From: Candidatus Latescibacterota bacterium
GTDB lineage: Bacteria > Latescibacterota > UBA2968
DNA: 64,000 bases
Assembly: GCA_965204745.1 (NCBI GenBank)
Contig: OZ242010.1
Span: 3,712,001-3,776,000 of the forward strand
Direction: 5' to 3'
Of the stretch, positions 9,671 through 22,073 are shown in pieces (position 1 is the stretch's first letter; every line of letters starts with the position of its first letter). A program made the position numbers and the translations under genes. The notes beneath the pieces are model-generated. The model ran no database searches and was not told where the DNA came from. It saw only the letters and a program-made list of their open reading frames with translations.

Positions 9671-10564
9671 ATGGCAAATTCGGATTACAAGATCGGCGTC
9701 GTAGGCGTGGGACGGATGGGGGCGAATATCGCGCGCCATCTCAACGACGATGGGTTTTCGGTCGTGGCGATTTACGACCTGCTCTTCGAAACCGCGTTGG
9801 GCATTGCCAGCGAGGTCCGCGGCCGGGCGCACACCGAACTCGCGGCTGTGACAAATTCGGCAGATTATATCATCACTGTGGTGACAGACGACGACGCGAT
9901 GCGGCGCATTTACACCACAGCAGGCGACAACCTGTTGCAAGGTGCAACGGGCAAGGTGTTTATCAACTGCGCGACTGTCACGCCGCGGGTTCACGTAGAG
10001 ATCGAACGCCTCGCCGAGCAAGCGGGCGCGAGCAGTTTGGAAGGTTGCATGGCCAGCAGCATTACCCAAGCGCGGGAAGGCACGCTCTATTTGATGTGCG
10101 GGGGCAAGCGGGCGGTCTTTGATCAGGCGCGTCCGATCCTCGAATCGATGAGCGCGAATTTGATCTACGTCGGCGAAGCGGGCCGAGCCGCTCAGGTCAA
10201 AGCCCTCGTCAATATGGTGATGAATATCAACACCGCGGGACTGGCAGAGGGTTTGGGACTGGGTGCCGCGCTCGGCTTGGATTTGAATGTGCTCATGGAG
10301 GTATTCTCGCAAACCGGGGCAAATTCCCGCGTGCTCGAGACCGATGGCGAGGATATGGTGAGCCGCGACCACGAGTGCTATTTCTCTGCGGATCACGCGG
10401 CAAAAGATTCGGGAATCGCCCTCTCGCTGGCCGATGACGCGGGCCTCAATCTGCCACTGGCAAAAGCGACAAAAGCCCAATTTGATCTCTTGAAGGCAAA
10501 AGACAAGGGCGACTTGGACAAATCGGCCGTTGCGGAATTGACTTTCCCGGGGCGAGATGATTAG
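9671..10564 (+). CDS. NAD(P)-dependent beta-hydroxyacid dehydrogenase (3-hydroxyisobutyrate dehydrogenase family)
   Basis: GVVGVGRMG, catalytic K in QVKALVN, AKD motif. Confidence 0.88.
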   Translation: MANSDYKIGVVGVGRMGANIARHLNDDGFSVVAIYDLLFETALGIASEVRGRAHTELAAVTNSADYIITVVTDDDAMRRIYTTAGDNLLQGATGKVFINCATVTPRVHVEIERLAEQAGASSLEGCMASSITQAREGTLYLMCGGKRAVFDQARPILESMSANLIYVGEAGRAAQVKALVNMVMNINTAGLAEGLGLGAALGLDLNVLMEVFSQTGANSRVLETDGEDMVSRDHECYFSADHAAKDSGIALSLADDAGLNLPLAKATKAQFDLLKAKDKGDLDKSAVAELTFPGRDD

Positions 10565-10865
10565 ACGGTGGCAAATGACATGGACAAGAAAACGCTCTCG
10601 GTCACATCGCTGTTTGAACGATGAAGCGGTGGTAGGGGTGTAGGGAGTAACCGCGCAATCCCAACCGCAGGATATAAGACGGGGCTAACGCACACGGCAG
10701 GGCGGAGATGGGCTGGGCACGCACGGGTGGCGGCGCGGTGAGGCCGCACGGGCGGTTGGGGGCGCGGAGGGGATAGGGAAAATCACTTGACATCGCGAGA
10801 GGGATTGGAGATTATTTATTTTCTTCCGCAAGTTGTTCAAACAATGACACATCAGGAGGTGCCCC

Positions 10866-11795
10866 ATGGCAGAATACGATACGATTCCCAAGCAGTTGAT
10901 TCGCATCTACCCGCAAGACCTCATCCGCTTGGCTCTCGGACGCGAGGATGTCGAAATTGAAGTTGAAGAAATTCTCGACACCGAACTCCCCAGGGTTGAA
11001 ACGCGCCTGGTCGATAGCCTCCTTCGCGTGCGGATCGATGGCAAGGAAGCCTTGGTTCACATCGAATTTCAAACCGCCGACAGCGCGGATATGGCTATTC
11101 GCCTGGCTTCCTATATCATCCGACTCATCGAGCAGTATGGCTTGCCGGTCTATTCCTTTGTCATCTACCTGCGTCCCAATGCCGGGCACCGCGATAAAGG
11201 ATACTACACGCAAGAACTTCCCGGTCATCGCGTCTTTGTCGAGTACAAGGTGCTTCGGTTGAGCGAGATGGACGGGCGAGGCATTCTTGAAGGCGGTCAG
11301 GCAGGCTTGCTTCCTTTCGCGCCATTGATGAAGCCGCCTGTGGGGATGGGTTCCGAGGATTGGTTGCGCGAGTGTGTTCGCAAGAGCGATTCGGTTTCGT
11401 TGGATCAAGCAGACAAGGCGAATTATTTGAGTAGCTTGGCGGTCTTGAGTGGGTTGGCGTACGATCCAAGCACCATCACGCGGATTCTTTCACAGGAGGG
11501 TCTTATGGACGCGATTATGCGTGAGTCATCGTTTGCCCAGTACCTCGAGGAACGCGGCATCGAGCGCGGCATCGAGCAGGGAATCGAGCAGGGAATCGAG
11601 CAAGGGGGTAGAGAACATACCATTGACGCTATCCTCGACGTGTTGGAGGTTCGTTTTGATCCGGCCGTTGCCGGTCAGTTCGCCGGTCGTATTGCGGTTA
11701 TCGACGATTTGCAACGGCTCAAGCGGTTGCTTCGCTCGGCAGTGCAAGTGGATGATCTGGCGGCCTTTCAGCACATGTTGGATGCGGAGGCCTGA
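10866..11795 (+). CDS. Rpn/YhgA-like PD-(D/E)XK nuclease
   Basis: VDSLL...HIEFQT catalytic motif, C-terminal GIERGIEQGIEQG repeats, RBS AGGAGG. Confidence 0.85.
   Translation: MAEYDTIPKQLIRIYPQDLIRLALGREDVEIEVEEILDTELPRVETRLVDSLLRVRIDGKEALVHIEFQTADSADMAIRLASYIIRLIEQYGLPVYSFVIYLRPNAGHRDKGYYTQELPGHRVFVEYKVLRLSEMDGRGILEGGQAGLLPFAPLMKPPVGMGSEDWLRECVRKSDSVSLDQADKANYLSSLAVLSGLAYDPSTITRILSQEGLMDAIMRESSFAQYLEERGIERGIEQGIEQGIEQGGREHTIDAILDVLEVRFDPAVAGQFAGRIAVIDDLQRLKRLLRSAVQVDDLAAFQHMLDAEA
11505..11795 (+). CDS. Putative in-frame RpnS small isoform (96 aa, intragenic antitoxin)
   Basis: AGGAGG at 11494-11499, 5 nt before an in-frame ATG that precedes the GIEQ repeats. Confidence 0.6.
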   Translation: MDAIMRESSFAQYLEERGIERGIEQGIEQGIEQGGREHTIDAILDVLEVRFDPAVAGQFAGRIAVIDDLQRLKRLLRSAVQVDDLAAFQHMLDAEA

Positions 11796-11934
11796 CGCGC
11801 ATCCCTTAACGACACAAGCCCTCGCATGCTGACCTTGAACGGATTGATTCGGGGCCAGTTGCGGGGGCTTTTTAGGGCGTGCGTACACAGGGCCGAGGGG
11901 AGAGGTCTTGCGAGGCGGAGCGGACAGTGCCTTT

Positions 11935-11969
11935 GAAGACCCGTCGCTTTCGTTCGGGGAGTGTATCAC
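11935..11969 (+). mobile_element. IS200/IS605-like right-end remnant
   Basis: GAAGACCCG...CGGGGAGTGTATCAC; last 15 nt identical to the copy at 44941-44975. Confidence 0.45.
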
Positions 11970-12251
11970 CGGAGGTACGACGATCCAGCGATTGATGAGT
12001 TTCGAGATGCAAAGCCTCGCATTTCAGAACGGGTGAATCACGACCCCAGCAACTGGTTGCGTATGATATTCAAGAAAAGCACCACGACAGATTGATTTCA
12101 CGACTTGTAAATGGATCAAAAAACCGATACTGATAGCTGTTGCACTTGACTCTTCACCGTCTTCAGGACAAGCTGTTGCGTGCGTTTTGATAAGGATTTG
12201 GATGGTTAGAGCATCTTTGAATCCCCGACCACATGGTAAATTTTCAAAGCA

Positions 12252-12288
12252 AAAGGGCTGTACATCTTCACTGATGTACAGCCCTTTG
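12252..12288. terminator. Intrinsic terminator hairpin (likely bidirectional)
   Basis: AAAGGGCTGTACATC-ttcact-GATGTACAGCCCTTT between convergent genes. Confidence 0.8.
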
Positions 12289-12309
12289 TATTTCGCGTGC
12301 GTAAATCCG

Positions 12310-13161
12310 TCACTCGGACTTGTCTTTTGGACTATCGAGATATTTGACGAAAACCACTTCGTTGCGCGATTCGTTGTAGAGCAATTCGTCCGCGCTCGTT
12401 TTGACCATCAGCAAGCCGAACCCGCCAGGGCGCAATCCTCGGTTTTCTCTGACGCTCATGTGCGCGATGGGGTCGTCGGGATTGTTGACCGCGGCGTGGT
12501 CGAGCGCGTCGATGTCAAAGCCGGATCCGGGATCTTCGATGCGAAACATGAGCATGCGCTCAAATCGGAGAAACGCGATGCGGACCTTTTTGCTCGGATC
12601 GAGTTGCCCGCCCCATTCAATGGCATTGGCGAGGAGCTCGTAAAATGACATGGCGATGGTCTCGCGCAGGTCTTCGGGCAGGTCGGCCTCCAGTTGCATC
12701 ACGAAATTTCGCATCCGGCTCGCGGCTTTTTGATCGCAGGGCACGAGCAGTTCGACCCAGTTGGGAGTCGCCGAGGTCACTTCGATGACAATGCCCTGTC
12801 CGGGCGCGTTGAGGCCGTCTTGGACCAGGCGGAGCAACTCTTGGGGGTCTATGGGTTTGGGGATGTAGTGATACGTCTGTTCGCGGATGGCTTTGAGCAA
12901 GGTATCTGGCGTGTCGTCAGAGGTCATAACAATGACCGGTGGCGGCGCGGGCAGGGTCTTTATTTTGCCGAGGAGTTCCAAACCGTTGAGGCCGGGCATC
13001 CAGATATCGGTCAATACCAAATCGAACGGGGTCTCGGCGATTCGGTCATAAGCCCGTTTGCCATCTGTTGCGGTTTCGGTTGTGTAGCCGGCGTCCTCGA
13101 GTATGGCTTCTACGAGTACTCGGGTCGGGCCGTCGTCTTCGGCGATTAGGATTCGGGACAT
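12310..13161 (-). CDS. Response-regulator receiver fused to an RsbW-like anti-sigma kinase domain
   Basis: REC (AEDD, DIWMPG, KP) plus ELLANAIEWG, DPGSGF and GGFGL HATPase motifs. Confidence 0.88.
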   Translation of the reverse strand: MSRILIAEDDGPTRVLVEAILEDAGYTTETATDGKRAYDRIAETPFDLVLTDIWMPGLNGLELLGKIKTLPAPPPVIVMTSDDTPDTLLKAIREQTYHYIPKPIDPQELLRLVQDGLNAPGQGIVIEVTSATPNWVELLVPCDQKAASRMRNFVMQLEADLPEDLRETIAMSFYELLANAIEWGGQLDPSKKVRIAFLRFERMLMFRIEDPGSGFDIDALDHAAVNNPDDPIAHMSVRENRGLRPGGFGLLMVKTSADELLYNESRNEVVFVKYLDSPKDKSE

Positions 13162-13216
13162 GGTTTGTACTCGGTGTTGAGTAGCAGAATAGACGCACTG
13201 GCGTCGCAGGTTATTT

Positions 13217-13308
13217 GACCATCAAGTGGTCAGTAGTCAGTAGTCAGTAGTCAGTCCCCGCCCAACAACCCCAAAACCCGACGTACTTCGTTGATTCGTT
13301 GATTCGCT
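13217..13308 (-). repeat. Composite intergenic repeat, copy B (MITE-free empty site)
   Basis: (AATCAACG)2, GC core, (ACTGACT)3 ACTGACC on the minus strand. Confidence 0.9.
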
Positions 13309-13348
13309 TGTCATGGCATGTGGCTGTGCGTTTGGTCGGGTACTGTGG

Positions 13349-14047
13349 TTAAGCGGAGGAGGTGAGTTCTTCGAGCGCGGTTTGAACCGCTGACAACTCG
13401 CGTTCGAGTTGCTGGCAGGTCGGGCGCGCATCGCGCAAGTGATCGGCTTGGCCCATCTGTTCGAGCGCGGTAGCCATTTGATAGGCCGCGCTGGCGTCAA
13501 AATTGGCGACTGCACCCTTGAGCGCGTGGGCGGCTTGGCGCAGGTCTTCGGACGATTGCCGGTCGATGGCGCGGTGCAATGCGGCGATTTGGTCGGGCAG
13601 TTCTTCCAAGAAGATATCGACCATTTTTTCGAGAATTTGCATTCTGCCGCCCACGCGCGCCATGATGCCCTGGACGTCAATCGGCGGTGTTTCGGGACTG
13701 GCGTTTGAGAGGGGCAGAGTTTGCAACAGGGCAAAGAGTTGGTCCGCGCGAACCGGTCTGATCAGGGTTGCTGTTGCGCCCGCGTCGACGCAGGGTTGCG
13801 CGTATTCCTCCCGGGAGATGAGGCCGATGCTGAGGATGCCCGGGCGCGCTTGTGCGATTTGCGCGTCAAAATCCCGACACTCGTCTATGTCGATCAGCGC
13901 GAAGCGATACGATATGTCGGACAGATCAGGTGCGGACGCGACCCGATAGCCCTTTTGTTCGAGCAGCGCGTGGAGCAGGTGGCGATGGATGGGGTTGCGG
14001 TCGATGACGAGCGCGTCGCATTCGCCTGATGTCGGGGCATTGTCCAT
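13349..14047 (-). CDS. Degenerate receiver + Hpt domain protein
   Basis: AAHALKGAVANF Hpt motif; REC-like N terminus with RP in place of KP. Confidence 0.8.
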   Translation of the reverse strand: MDNAPTSGECDALVIDRNPIHRHLLHALLEQKGYRVASAPDLSDISYRFALIDIDECRDFDAQIAQARPGILSIGLISREEYAQPCVDAGATATLIRPVRADQLFALLQTLPLSNASPETPPIDVQGIMARVGGRMQILEKMVDIFLEELPDQIAALHRAIDRQSSEDLRQAAHALKGAVANFDASAAYQMATALEQMGQADHLRDARPTCQQLERELSAVQTALEELTSSA

Positions 14048-14060
14048 CGTATCCGATCTC

Positions 14061-14290
14061 CAAAGCGCGAGGGGACCTATCCCCCGGCCCCTTTCCTACG
14101 AGGAAAGGGGAGTAAAGCTCTTTTGGCTTTGGGCGAATGGATCACGCCATAGAACCCAAAAAACCTCTCGAGCAATCCCTCGGAAGACCCATCACCGTTC
14201 CCCCTTCCTCTTAGGAAGGGGGTTAGGGGGTAGGTCCCCCTCGCAAAACCGCTCAAGCCAGTTGTTTTGCTCGTAAATGTCAACACAACC
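14061..14290. mobile_element. MITE copy 2, inverted and truncated at one end
   Basis: Nearly identical to the reverse complement of 9251-9483; one TIR followed by TA. Confidence 0.88.
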
Positions 14291-14464
14291 TAATAAGTAC
14301 AACCGATTGAGGGGTTGTGTCAACCACAATTATTTGAGCGCGTGGTTTGCAAATCCACATCCGGGAGAAGTACATTTTTCGTTGACTTCTGCTATCGCGT
14401 GTACAATCTTATGAAAAGATGGTAGGCGCATCGTTATCCCGATTTCTTTTTTGCGAGGTGGTTT

Positions 14465-14704
14465 ATGGATCTCAAGGATTTAGATCGCATCCACAAGGAA
14501 CAGGAAGAACGGCGAAAGTTCAGCAGCATTCTTCACCGTTTTGACGAAAGAAAAAACTTGCGGAATGGGTTTATCGTGATCGTGGTCGTCATTATTTTGG
14601 TGATTTTGCTCTATGGCGTCAAAGAGATGAATTTTCTCTTTGAATCCGTTCCGGGCGATGACCCAGTGGAACAGGTGACACCGCAGGAATCAGAGCCTGA
14701 ATAG
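14465..14704 (+). CDS. Small single-TM hypothetical protein
   Basis: GAGGT RBS, 79 aa with one hydrophobic helix. Confidence 0.65.
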   Translation: MDLKDLDRIHKEQEERRKFSSILHRFDERKNLRNGFIVIVVVIILVILLYGVKEMNFLFESVPGDDPVEQVTPQESEPE

Positions 14705-14739
14705 CAGTCAGGGGTCAGTCCGCCCTGCCCCTATCAGTC

Positions 14740-14766
14740 GTAGGGACAGGCTCCCGTGCCTGTCCT
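14740..14766 (+). repeat. GTAG-type REP palindrome
   Basis: GTAGGGACAGGCTCCCGTGCCTGTCCT; related copies elsewhere in the window. Confidence 0.7.
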
Positions 14767-14894
14767 TGCATCCCGCGGTGAAAAGGAATCATCTACTTGA
14801 CAAAATCCGATGCGGAATTTGAGCAGGTGTATATCATTGAAAAGAAGAAGTGGTTCTGAGGTATTTTCATTGATCTTTTTTTGGAAAACTGATC

Positions 14895-17798
<2,904 letters not shown>

Positions 17799-17822
17799 GG
17801 CACACACAGGAAGGGAATCACA

Positions 17823-18164
17823 ATGGCTTTTGAAGAAACAACGCAGGGGAATGTTCGCATTATCGAGCTCGACGGTCAGGTGACGGACCGCGAGATGTCG
17901 GCGTTGACGGAGTACGTCACCGAGTCTCTCGACCAGAACCCGGGGATGCAGATGGTTTTGGATTTGGGGCAGGTGCGCTGGTTGAACAGCATGGCATTTG
18001 GGGTTTTGACCGCGCTGTTGCAGCGGTTACGCAAGGCCGAGGGCGATTTGAAACTCGCCAATGCCCACGATCATGTGATCAGCGTTTTTGTGCAGACGCA
18101 ACTCATCAAAATTTTCGATCTCTACGATTCGGTCGATGAGGCTGTGGCGGCATTTCAGAAGTAA
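17823..18164 (+). CDS. STAS anti-sigma-factor antagonist
   Basis: LDLGQVRWLNSMAFG motif, 113 aa. Confidence 0.88.
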   Translation: MAFEETTQGNVRIIELDGQVTDREMSALTEYVTESLDQNPGMQMVLDLGQVRWLNSMAFGVLTALLQRLRKAEGDLKLANAHDHVISVFVQTQLIKIFDLYDSVDEAVAAFQK

Positions 18165-18214
18165 ATGTTTTGCTTGCATGAGAACGAAATTTTGGTATTT
18201 TTAAGCACAGCAAA

Positions 18215-18291
18215 CGGGGCGTGGCTCAGCCCGGTAGAGCGCCTGCTTCGGGAGCAGGAGGCCGGAGGTTCAAATCCTCTCGCCCCGACCA
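18215..18291 (+). tRNA. tRNA-Pro(CGG)
   Basis: Cloverleaf, anticodon loop TTCGGGA, GGTTCAAATCC T-arm, encoded CCA. Confidence 0.96.
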
Positions 18292-18299
18292 CTCGGAAC

Positions 18300-18330
18300 A
18301 AGGGGTTATGTCGATTTGACGTAACCCCTT
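18300..18330 (+). terminator. Hairpin after tRNA-Pro
   Basis: AAGGGGTTATGTC-gattt-GACGTAACCCCTT. Confidence 0.6.
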
Positions 18331-18378
18331 GTGTTATTATACGGAACCCGTGCGAATCGGATAACAAAGGAGCGCGTC

Positions 18379-19188
18379 ATGTCTGTGCTGACCGAGGACG
18401 AAATCCGCTTTTTCAAACGCGAGGGCTATTTGGTGAAAAAAGGTGCTCTCGATCCCGAATTGTGCGCCCGTGCGCGAGAACGCCTGTGGGACGATCCGCC
18501 GCCGAGCCTCGAGAAAGACGATCCCGATTCATGGGTCGGCCCCATCAAATCGGAAGAAGAATCGCTGGACAAAAGCAATTACAAGCGCGGCTATCGCTGG
18601 CAATACCGCAAGGTGGGCAAAGAGCCGTGGATGATCGAGTTGTTGGCGAAAAATCCAATCGTGTGGGGCGCGGCCGAACAGATGCTGGGTAAGGGCAATT
18701 TCCCCGAGCCCAAAGGCGTGCGCGGCATTTATTGCACCTTGCCTTATGGCGATGTTCCACGCACGCCGCGCCACTTGCACGTCGATGCCCACCCGTTCAA
18801 TTTTGCAGTCGTGGGATATATCGACCACGTCCCCAAAGACGGCGGCGGGTTCGCGGTTTGGCCGACGAGTCATCGCACGTTCTTTTTCGATTACCAGTCG
18901 CGCTACCGCAAGGAGCCGACCCCGCGGTTGGAGATTCACAAAGCACAATTTCAAGCCCGCGAGGAAAATTCATACCAAACGCATGGCGAACCCGGGGACA
19001 TCGTTTTTTGGCACCACCGCATCGGCCACATGGCGTCGCCCAATTATTCGCGGCAAATCCGCAAAGCCGTGCTGTACGATTTTGTGCTGAACGACATGCC
19101 CCGCCTTCAAGAAGAACCCCCGGGCGATGATATTTGGGTCGATTGGTCAGACGCGGTTAGAGATGTGCCGATTGGAGACGACGCGTGA
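18379..19188 (+). CDS. Phytanoyl-CoA dioxygenase (PhyH) family Fe(II)/2-OG enzyme
   Basis: FFKREGYLV, HVD and distal H motifs, RBS AAGGAG. Confidence 0.85.
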   Translation: MSVLTEDEIRFFKREGYLVKKGALDPELCARARERLWDDPPPSLEKDDPDSWVGPIKSEEESLDKSNYKRGYRWQYRKVGKEPWMIELLAKNPIVWGAAEQMLGKGNFPEPKGVRGIYCTLPYGDVPRTPRHLHVDAHPFNFAVVGYIDHVPKDGGGFAVWPTSHRTFFFDYQSRYRKEPTPRLEIHKAQFQAREENSYQTHGEPGDIVFWHHRIGHMASPNYSRQIRKAVLYDFVLNDMPRLQEEPPGDDIWVDWSDAVRDVPIGDDA

Positions 19189-19280
19189 TGGATGTTCAAT
19201 TTTGGGCGATCATCTGGGTGGTCATCGTCGCCATCGTGCTCGGCGTGTTTTTGTATTACGTGGTCAAGTCGTATAAGTGA
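19188..19280 (+). CDS. 30-aa single-TM microprotein missing from the ORF track
   Basis: MDVQFWAIIWVVIVAIVLGVFLYYVVKSYK; TGATG overlap with the upstream stop, GGAG RBS. Confidence 0.6.
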   Translation: MDVQFWAIIWVVIVAIVLGVFLYYVVKSYK

Positions 19281-19290
19281 GACGGGAGTT

Positions 19291-19440
19291 TAGCCACAAA
19301 AGGCACAAAAGGCACAAAAGGGGTACATGGCGATAGCCAGTTCAAAGGCGAGCAGTGCGTGTAGAGGCGATGCCCTCGTGCTCGCCCAAAGAGAGGCAGT
19401 AGTCAGTAGTCAGTAGTCAGTAGTCAGTTGTCAGTCCCCG
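19291..19440. repeat. Mosaic repeats: (GGCACAAAA)n, GTAG REP at 19361-19387, ~5 AGTCAGT-type heptamers
   Basis: Read directly; each unit recurs elsewhere in the window. Confidence 0.75.
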
Positions 19441-19543
19441 CCTTTGCCCTACCGCCATTCGTCAGAACGGACTAACAGCCGGTCAGCACCTGCTTTGACG
19501 AAATCAGTCCCCGTGCTCGCCCAAGATACAGGAGGAGAACACT

Positions 19544-20284
19544 ATGCAGAACCATCAGCAACACATTTTTGAACTCGACATCTACGGCTTTACCGTGGTT
19601 GAAAATGTTTTGACCACTGGCGAAGCCGATGAGATGCGCGAGGCATTGATCCGTTGCGAGCGGGAAGTCGGTACGGAGACCACGCATCGCGGAACCGCGC
19701 GTCACGTCGCCAATTTGCCGACCTTGGATCGCGTGTTTCACAAGACCATCGACCATGCGCGGATACTCCCATTGCTGGAACATTACCTCGGTAAATCGCT
19801 CATTCTCGGTAGCTTGAATGCCCGCATCGTGCGCCCGGGCGATCCAGACCAGGGGTTGCACAGCGACATCCCACAGGAAATGCTGAACGCCAATTCGCCG
19901 GTGATGATGAATACGGTTTGGATGCTCGACGATTTCTCGCCGACAAATGGCGGCACGCGCGTCGTGCCCGGCTCGCACAAAAGCGGATTGGCGACGCCGC
20001 CCGAGACCGCGTCCGTCAAGCATATCGCACAACCCGAAGCCCCCGCGGGTAGCGTCATCGTTTTCAATGGTCAAACCTGGCATGCCGGCGGCGCGAACAC
20101 GGGCACTGCCAATCGCCACGCCTTGTTCGGCCACTATCGCAAACGCATGTGCGTGTTTCAAGTCGATCCCCACGATGAGTTCCCACCCGAATGGTTTGAC
20201 GACCTGACAGACCGCCAAAAACAACTGATGAGAATGACCAAGGGCCTCAACACACGCCACGCCGCCGATTTTCATTTTCGATAG
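19544..20284 (+). CDS. Phytanoyl-CoA dioxygenase (PhyH) family protein
   Basis: LHSD, NGGTRVVPGSH and WHAGGAN..R motifs. Confidence 0.9.
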   Translation: MQNHQQHIFELDIYGFTVVENVLTTGEADEMREALIRCEREVGTETTHRGTARHVANLPTLDRVFHKTIDHARILPLLEHYLGKSLILGSLNARIVRPGDPDQGLHSDIPQEMLNANSPVMMNTVWMLDDFSPTNGGTRVVPGSHKSGLATPPETASVKHIAQPEAPAGSVIVFNGQTWHAGGANTGTANRHALFGHYRKRMCVFQVDPHDEFPPEWFDDLTDRQKQLMRMTKGLNTRHAADFHFR

Positions 20285-20301
20285 TTGTACCCCGCCTGTG
20301 A

Positions 20302-21048
20302 CTAAACTTCCATTTCTCTCCTCACCCTTTCAATCATCACTTCGATAGCCGCGAGATGCGCTGCGACGCGCACCTGCATGGGCTGTGCGGTTGGGGTTTC
20401 GGTTGTGACGAGATGCCCGGTATAGCCGCGCTGGCACAGGGCGATGGGGATGCCCTCGCCGAGTTTTCGCCGCGACACATCCATGTTGGGATGGATCACG
20501 CCGTTGACCGCGAGTTCGCCTTCTATCTCGGCGTGGGGATTGATCGGGCAGACTCGGGCCACCTGCGCCACCATTTCTCGCCCAATGGGGTCGCGGTCTC
20601 GAAACTGCTCGTACAGATAAAACCCCTCGCTCTCCCAATCCTCGTGCAAATCGATCACGTCCTCGAAGACGCGGCCCGCGATAAAACGCTTCAAGATGTC
20701 GATTTCCGGGATGTCGTCTCGCAAAAATGCCCAGTTCACATCGACCTGCTGTGCGTTGAGGCGTGCATTGTGGATGTAGTTCCACGGGCACAAACACGGA
20801 ATGACGTCAAAACGCATCCCGTCTGCCCAGGCTTGCCACCCGCGTTCCAAAAACGCGAGCGCGGCTTCCACGCCAGCGGGTTCGTCGCCGTGTGTGCCCC
20901 CGTTGATGTACAGCGCGGGGGCGTCTTTCCTGCCCACAGACGCGCACAACACGGGCAACCCGTTGACCTCGCCCAATACGCGCACGTCAATGCCGGAGAT
21001 GGCATTGACGCGCTGGATGACCTCATTGTAATCGCGTTTTTCCATCAC
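20302..21048 (-). CDS. M14 family metallocarboxypeptidase / succinylglutamate desuccinylase-like
   Basis: GTHGDEPAG, IDLHED and TTETP motifs. Confidence 0.85.
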   Translation of the reverse strand: MMEKRDYNEVIQRVNAISGIDVRVLGEVNGLPVLCASVGRKDAPALYINGGTHGDEPAGVEAALAFLERGWQAWADGMRFDVIPCLCPWNYIHNARLNAQQVDVNWAFLRDDIPEIDILKRFIAGRVFEDVIDLHEDWESEGFYLYEQFRDRDPIGREMVAQVARVCPINPHAEIEGELAVNGVIHPNMDVSRRKLGEGIPIALCQRGYTGHLVTTETPTAQPMQVRVAAHLAAIEVMIERVRREMEV

Positions 21049-21992
21049 GCATTCCGAAGGGCGTCGATGACCTGTGCGTGAATTTCGCGGCTACTCGCCA
21101 CGACCCCGCGATTGTCTGCCATCTGCGCGGCAGATGCAAAGTCGAGGGGATTGCCAAACATGTCGCTCACGCGCCCGCCCGCCTCCTCTACGATGAGGGC
21201 GCCGGCGGCGTGATCCCAGATTCGCTCGCGGTAGTCCGGGTAGTTGGGCGATGGTAGCCGCAAGTACAATGCCGCGTCCCCGCGTGCCACTGCGCCGTAT
21301 TTGGCCTGACTGTCCATTCTGAGCGCGGGCGCGTCAATGCCGACAGCCTGTGCCACGGCCCGTTGTGCCGCGTGATCGCCGTGCGATGTCTCCACGCTTT
21401 CGGCAAATCGCCACGCGGGTTTTCCCATGTGAATGTCAACCGCGGCGCCACCCGCAAGGGGCATGGCCTGCGCGCCTTGTCCACGCACGGCTACGAATAG
21501 CACGCCGCGTTCTGTCCCATCTACGGGCAGTGCCGGGCACGCGAGCGCGGCGACTTTGACTGCGCCGCCATCGATGAAAGCCAGCGCGACCGCGTATTGC
21601 TCCCCGCGCAAAAAGCCCTTTGTGCCGTCGATGGGATCGAGGGTCCAAAACCGCTTTGCAACCTCGCCATTGCCCGCGTCTATCCACGCGCAAAGCATGG
21701 CTTCATCCGTGGGCGCGTACGCCCGAACAAAGTCGCACACGGTTTTTCGCATCGCCGCGCACTCGGCACCGCGAAGGGCCGCCGCATCTTCCTCCGCGAC
21801 AATCGGATCATTGGGAAAAGCCGCATTGACGCGCCGACACACGAGTGCCTGCGATCCAAAATCCGCGACGGTCACCGGGCTTCGATCCGCTTTCTCCAAC
21901 GCGGTGACACGCGACTGTTGCACATCGACGCACAACCGCGTCGCCTCGCGCACAGCCTCAACTGCGACCTCGCGCTCTCGATGGTATTTCAT
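21045..21992 (-). CDS. 3'(2'),5'-bisphosphate nucleotidase, HAL2/SAL type
   Basis: SPVTVADFGSQA, LDPIDGTKGFLRG, DSQAKY and ERIWDHAAG motifs. Confidence 0.9.
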   Translation of the reverse strand: MKYHREREVAVEAVREATRLCVDVQQSRVTALEKADRSPVTVADFGSQALVCRRVNAAFPNDPIVAEEDAAALRGAECAAMRKTVCDFVRAYAPTDEAMLCAWIDAGNGEVAKRFWTLDPIDGTKGFLRGEQYAVALAFIDGGAVKVAALACPALPVDGTERGVLFVAVRGQGAQAMPLAGGAAVDIHMGKPAWRFAESVETSHGDHAAQRAVAQAVGIDAPALRMDSQAKYGAVARGDAALYLRLPSPNYPDYRERIWDHAAGALIVEEAGGRVSDMFGNPLDFASAAQMADNRGVVASSREIHAQVIDALRNA

Positions 21993-22073
21993 ATAAAATC
22001 CTTTTTGATTGCGTTGACGCGATTCGCACCCGCATTGATCGATGAAAAACTAAATTATGTCCATAACGCCAAG

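Noticed and set aside
11990-12250. Possible pseudogene in the AT-richer spacer
   Set aside because: No frame gave a recognisable protein
18215-18400. Genomic island at tRNA-Pro
   Set aside because: No integrase and no duplicated tRNA 3' end was seen
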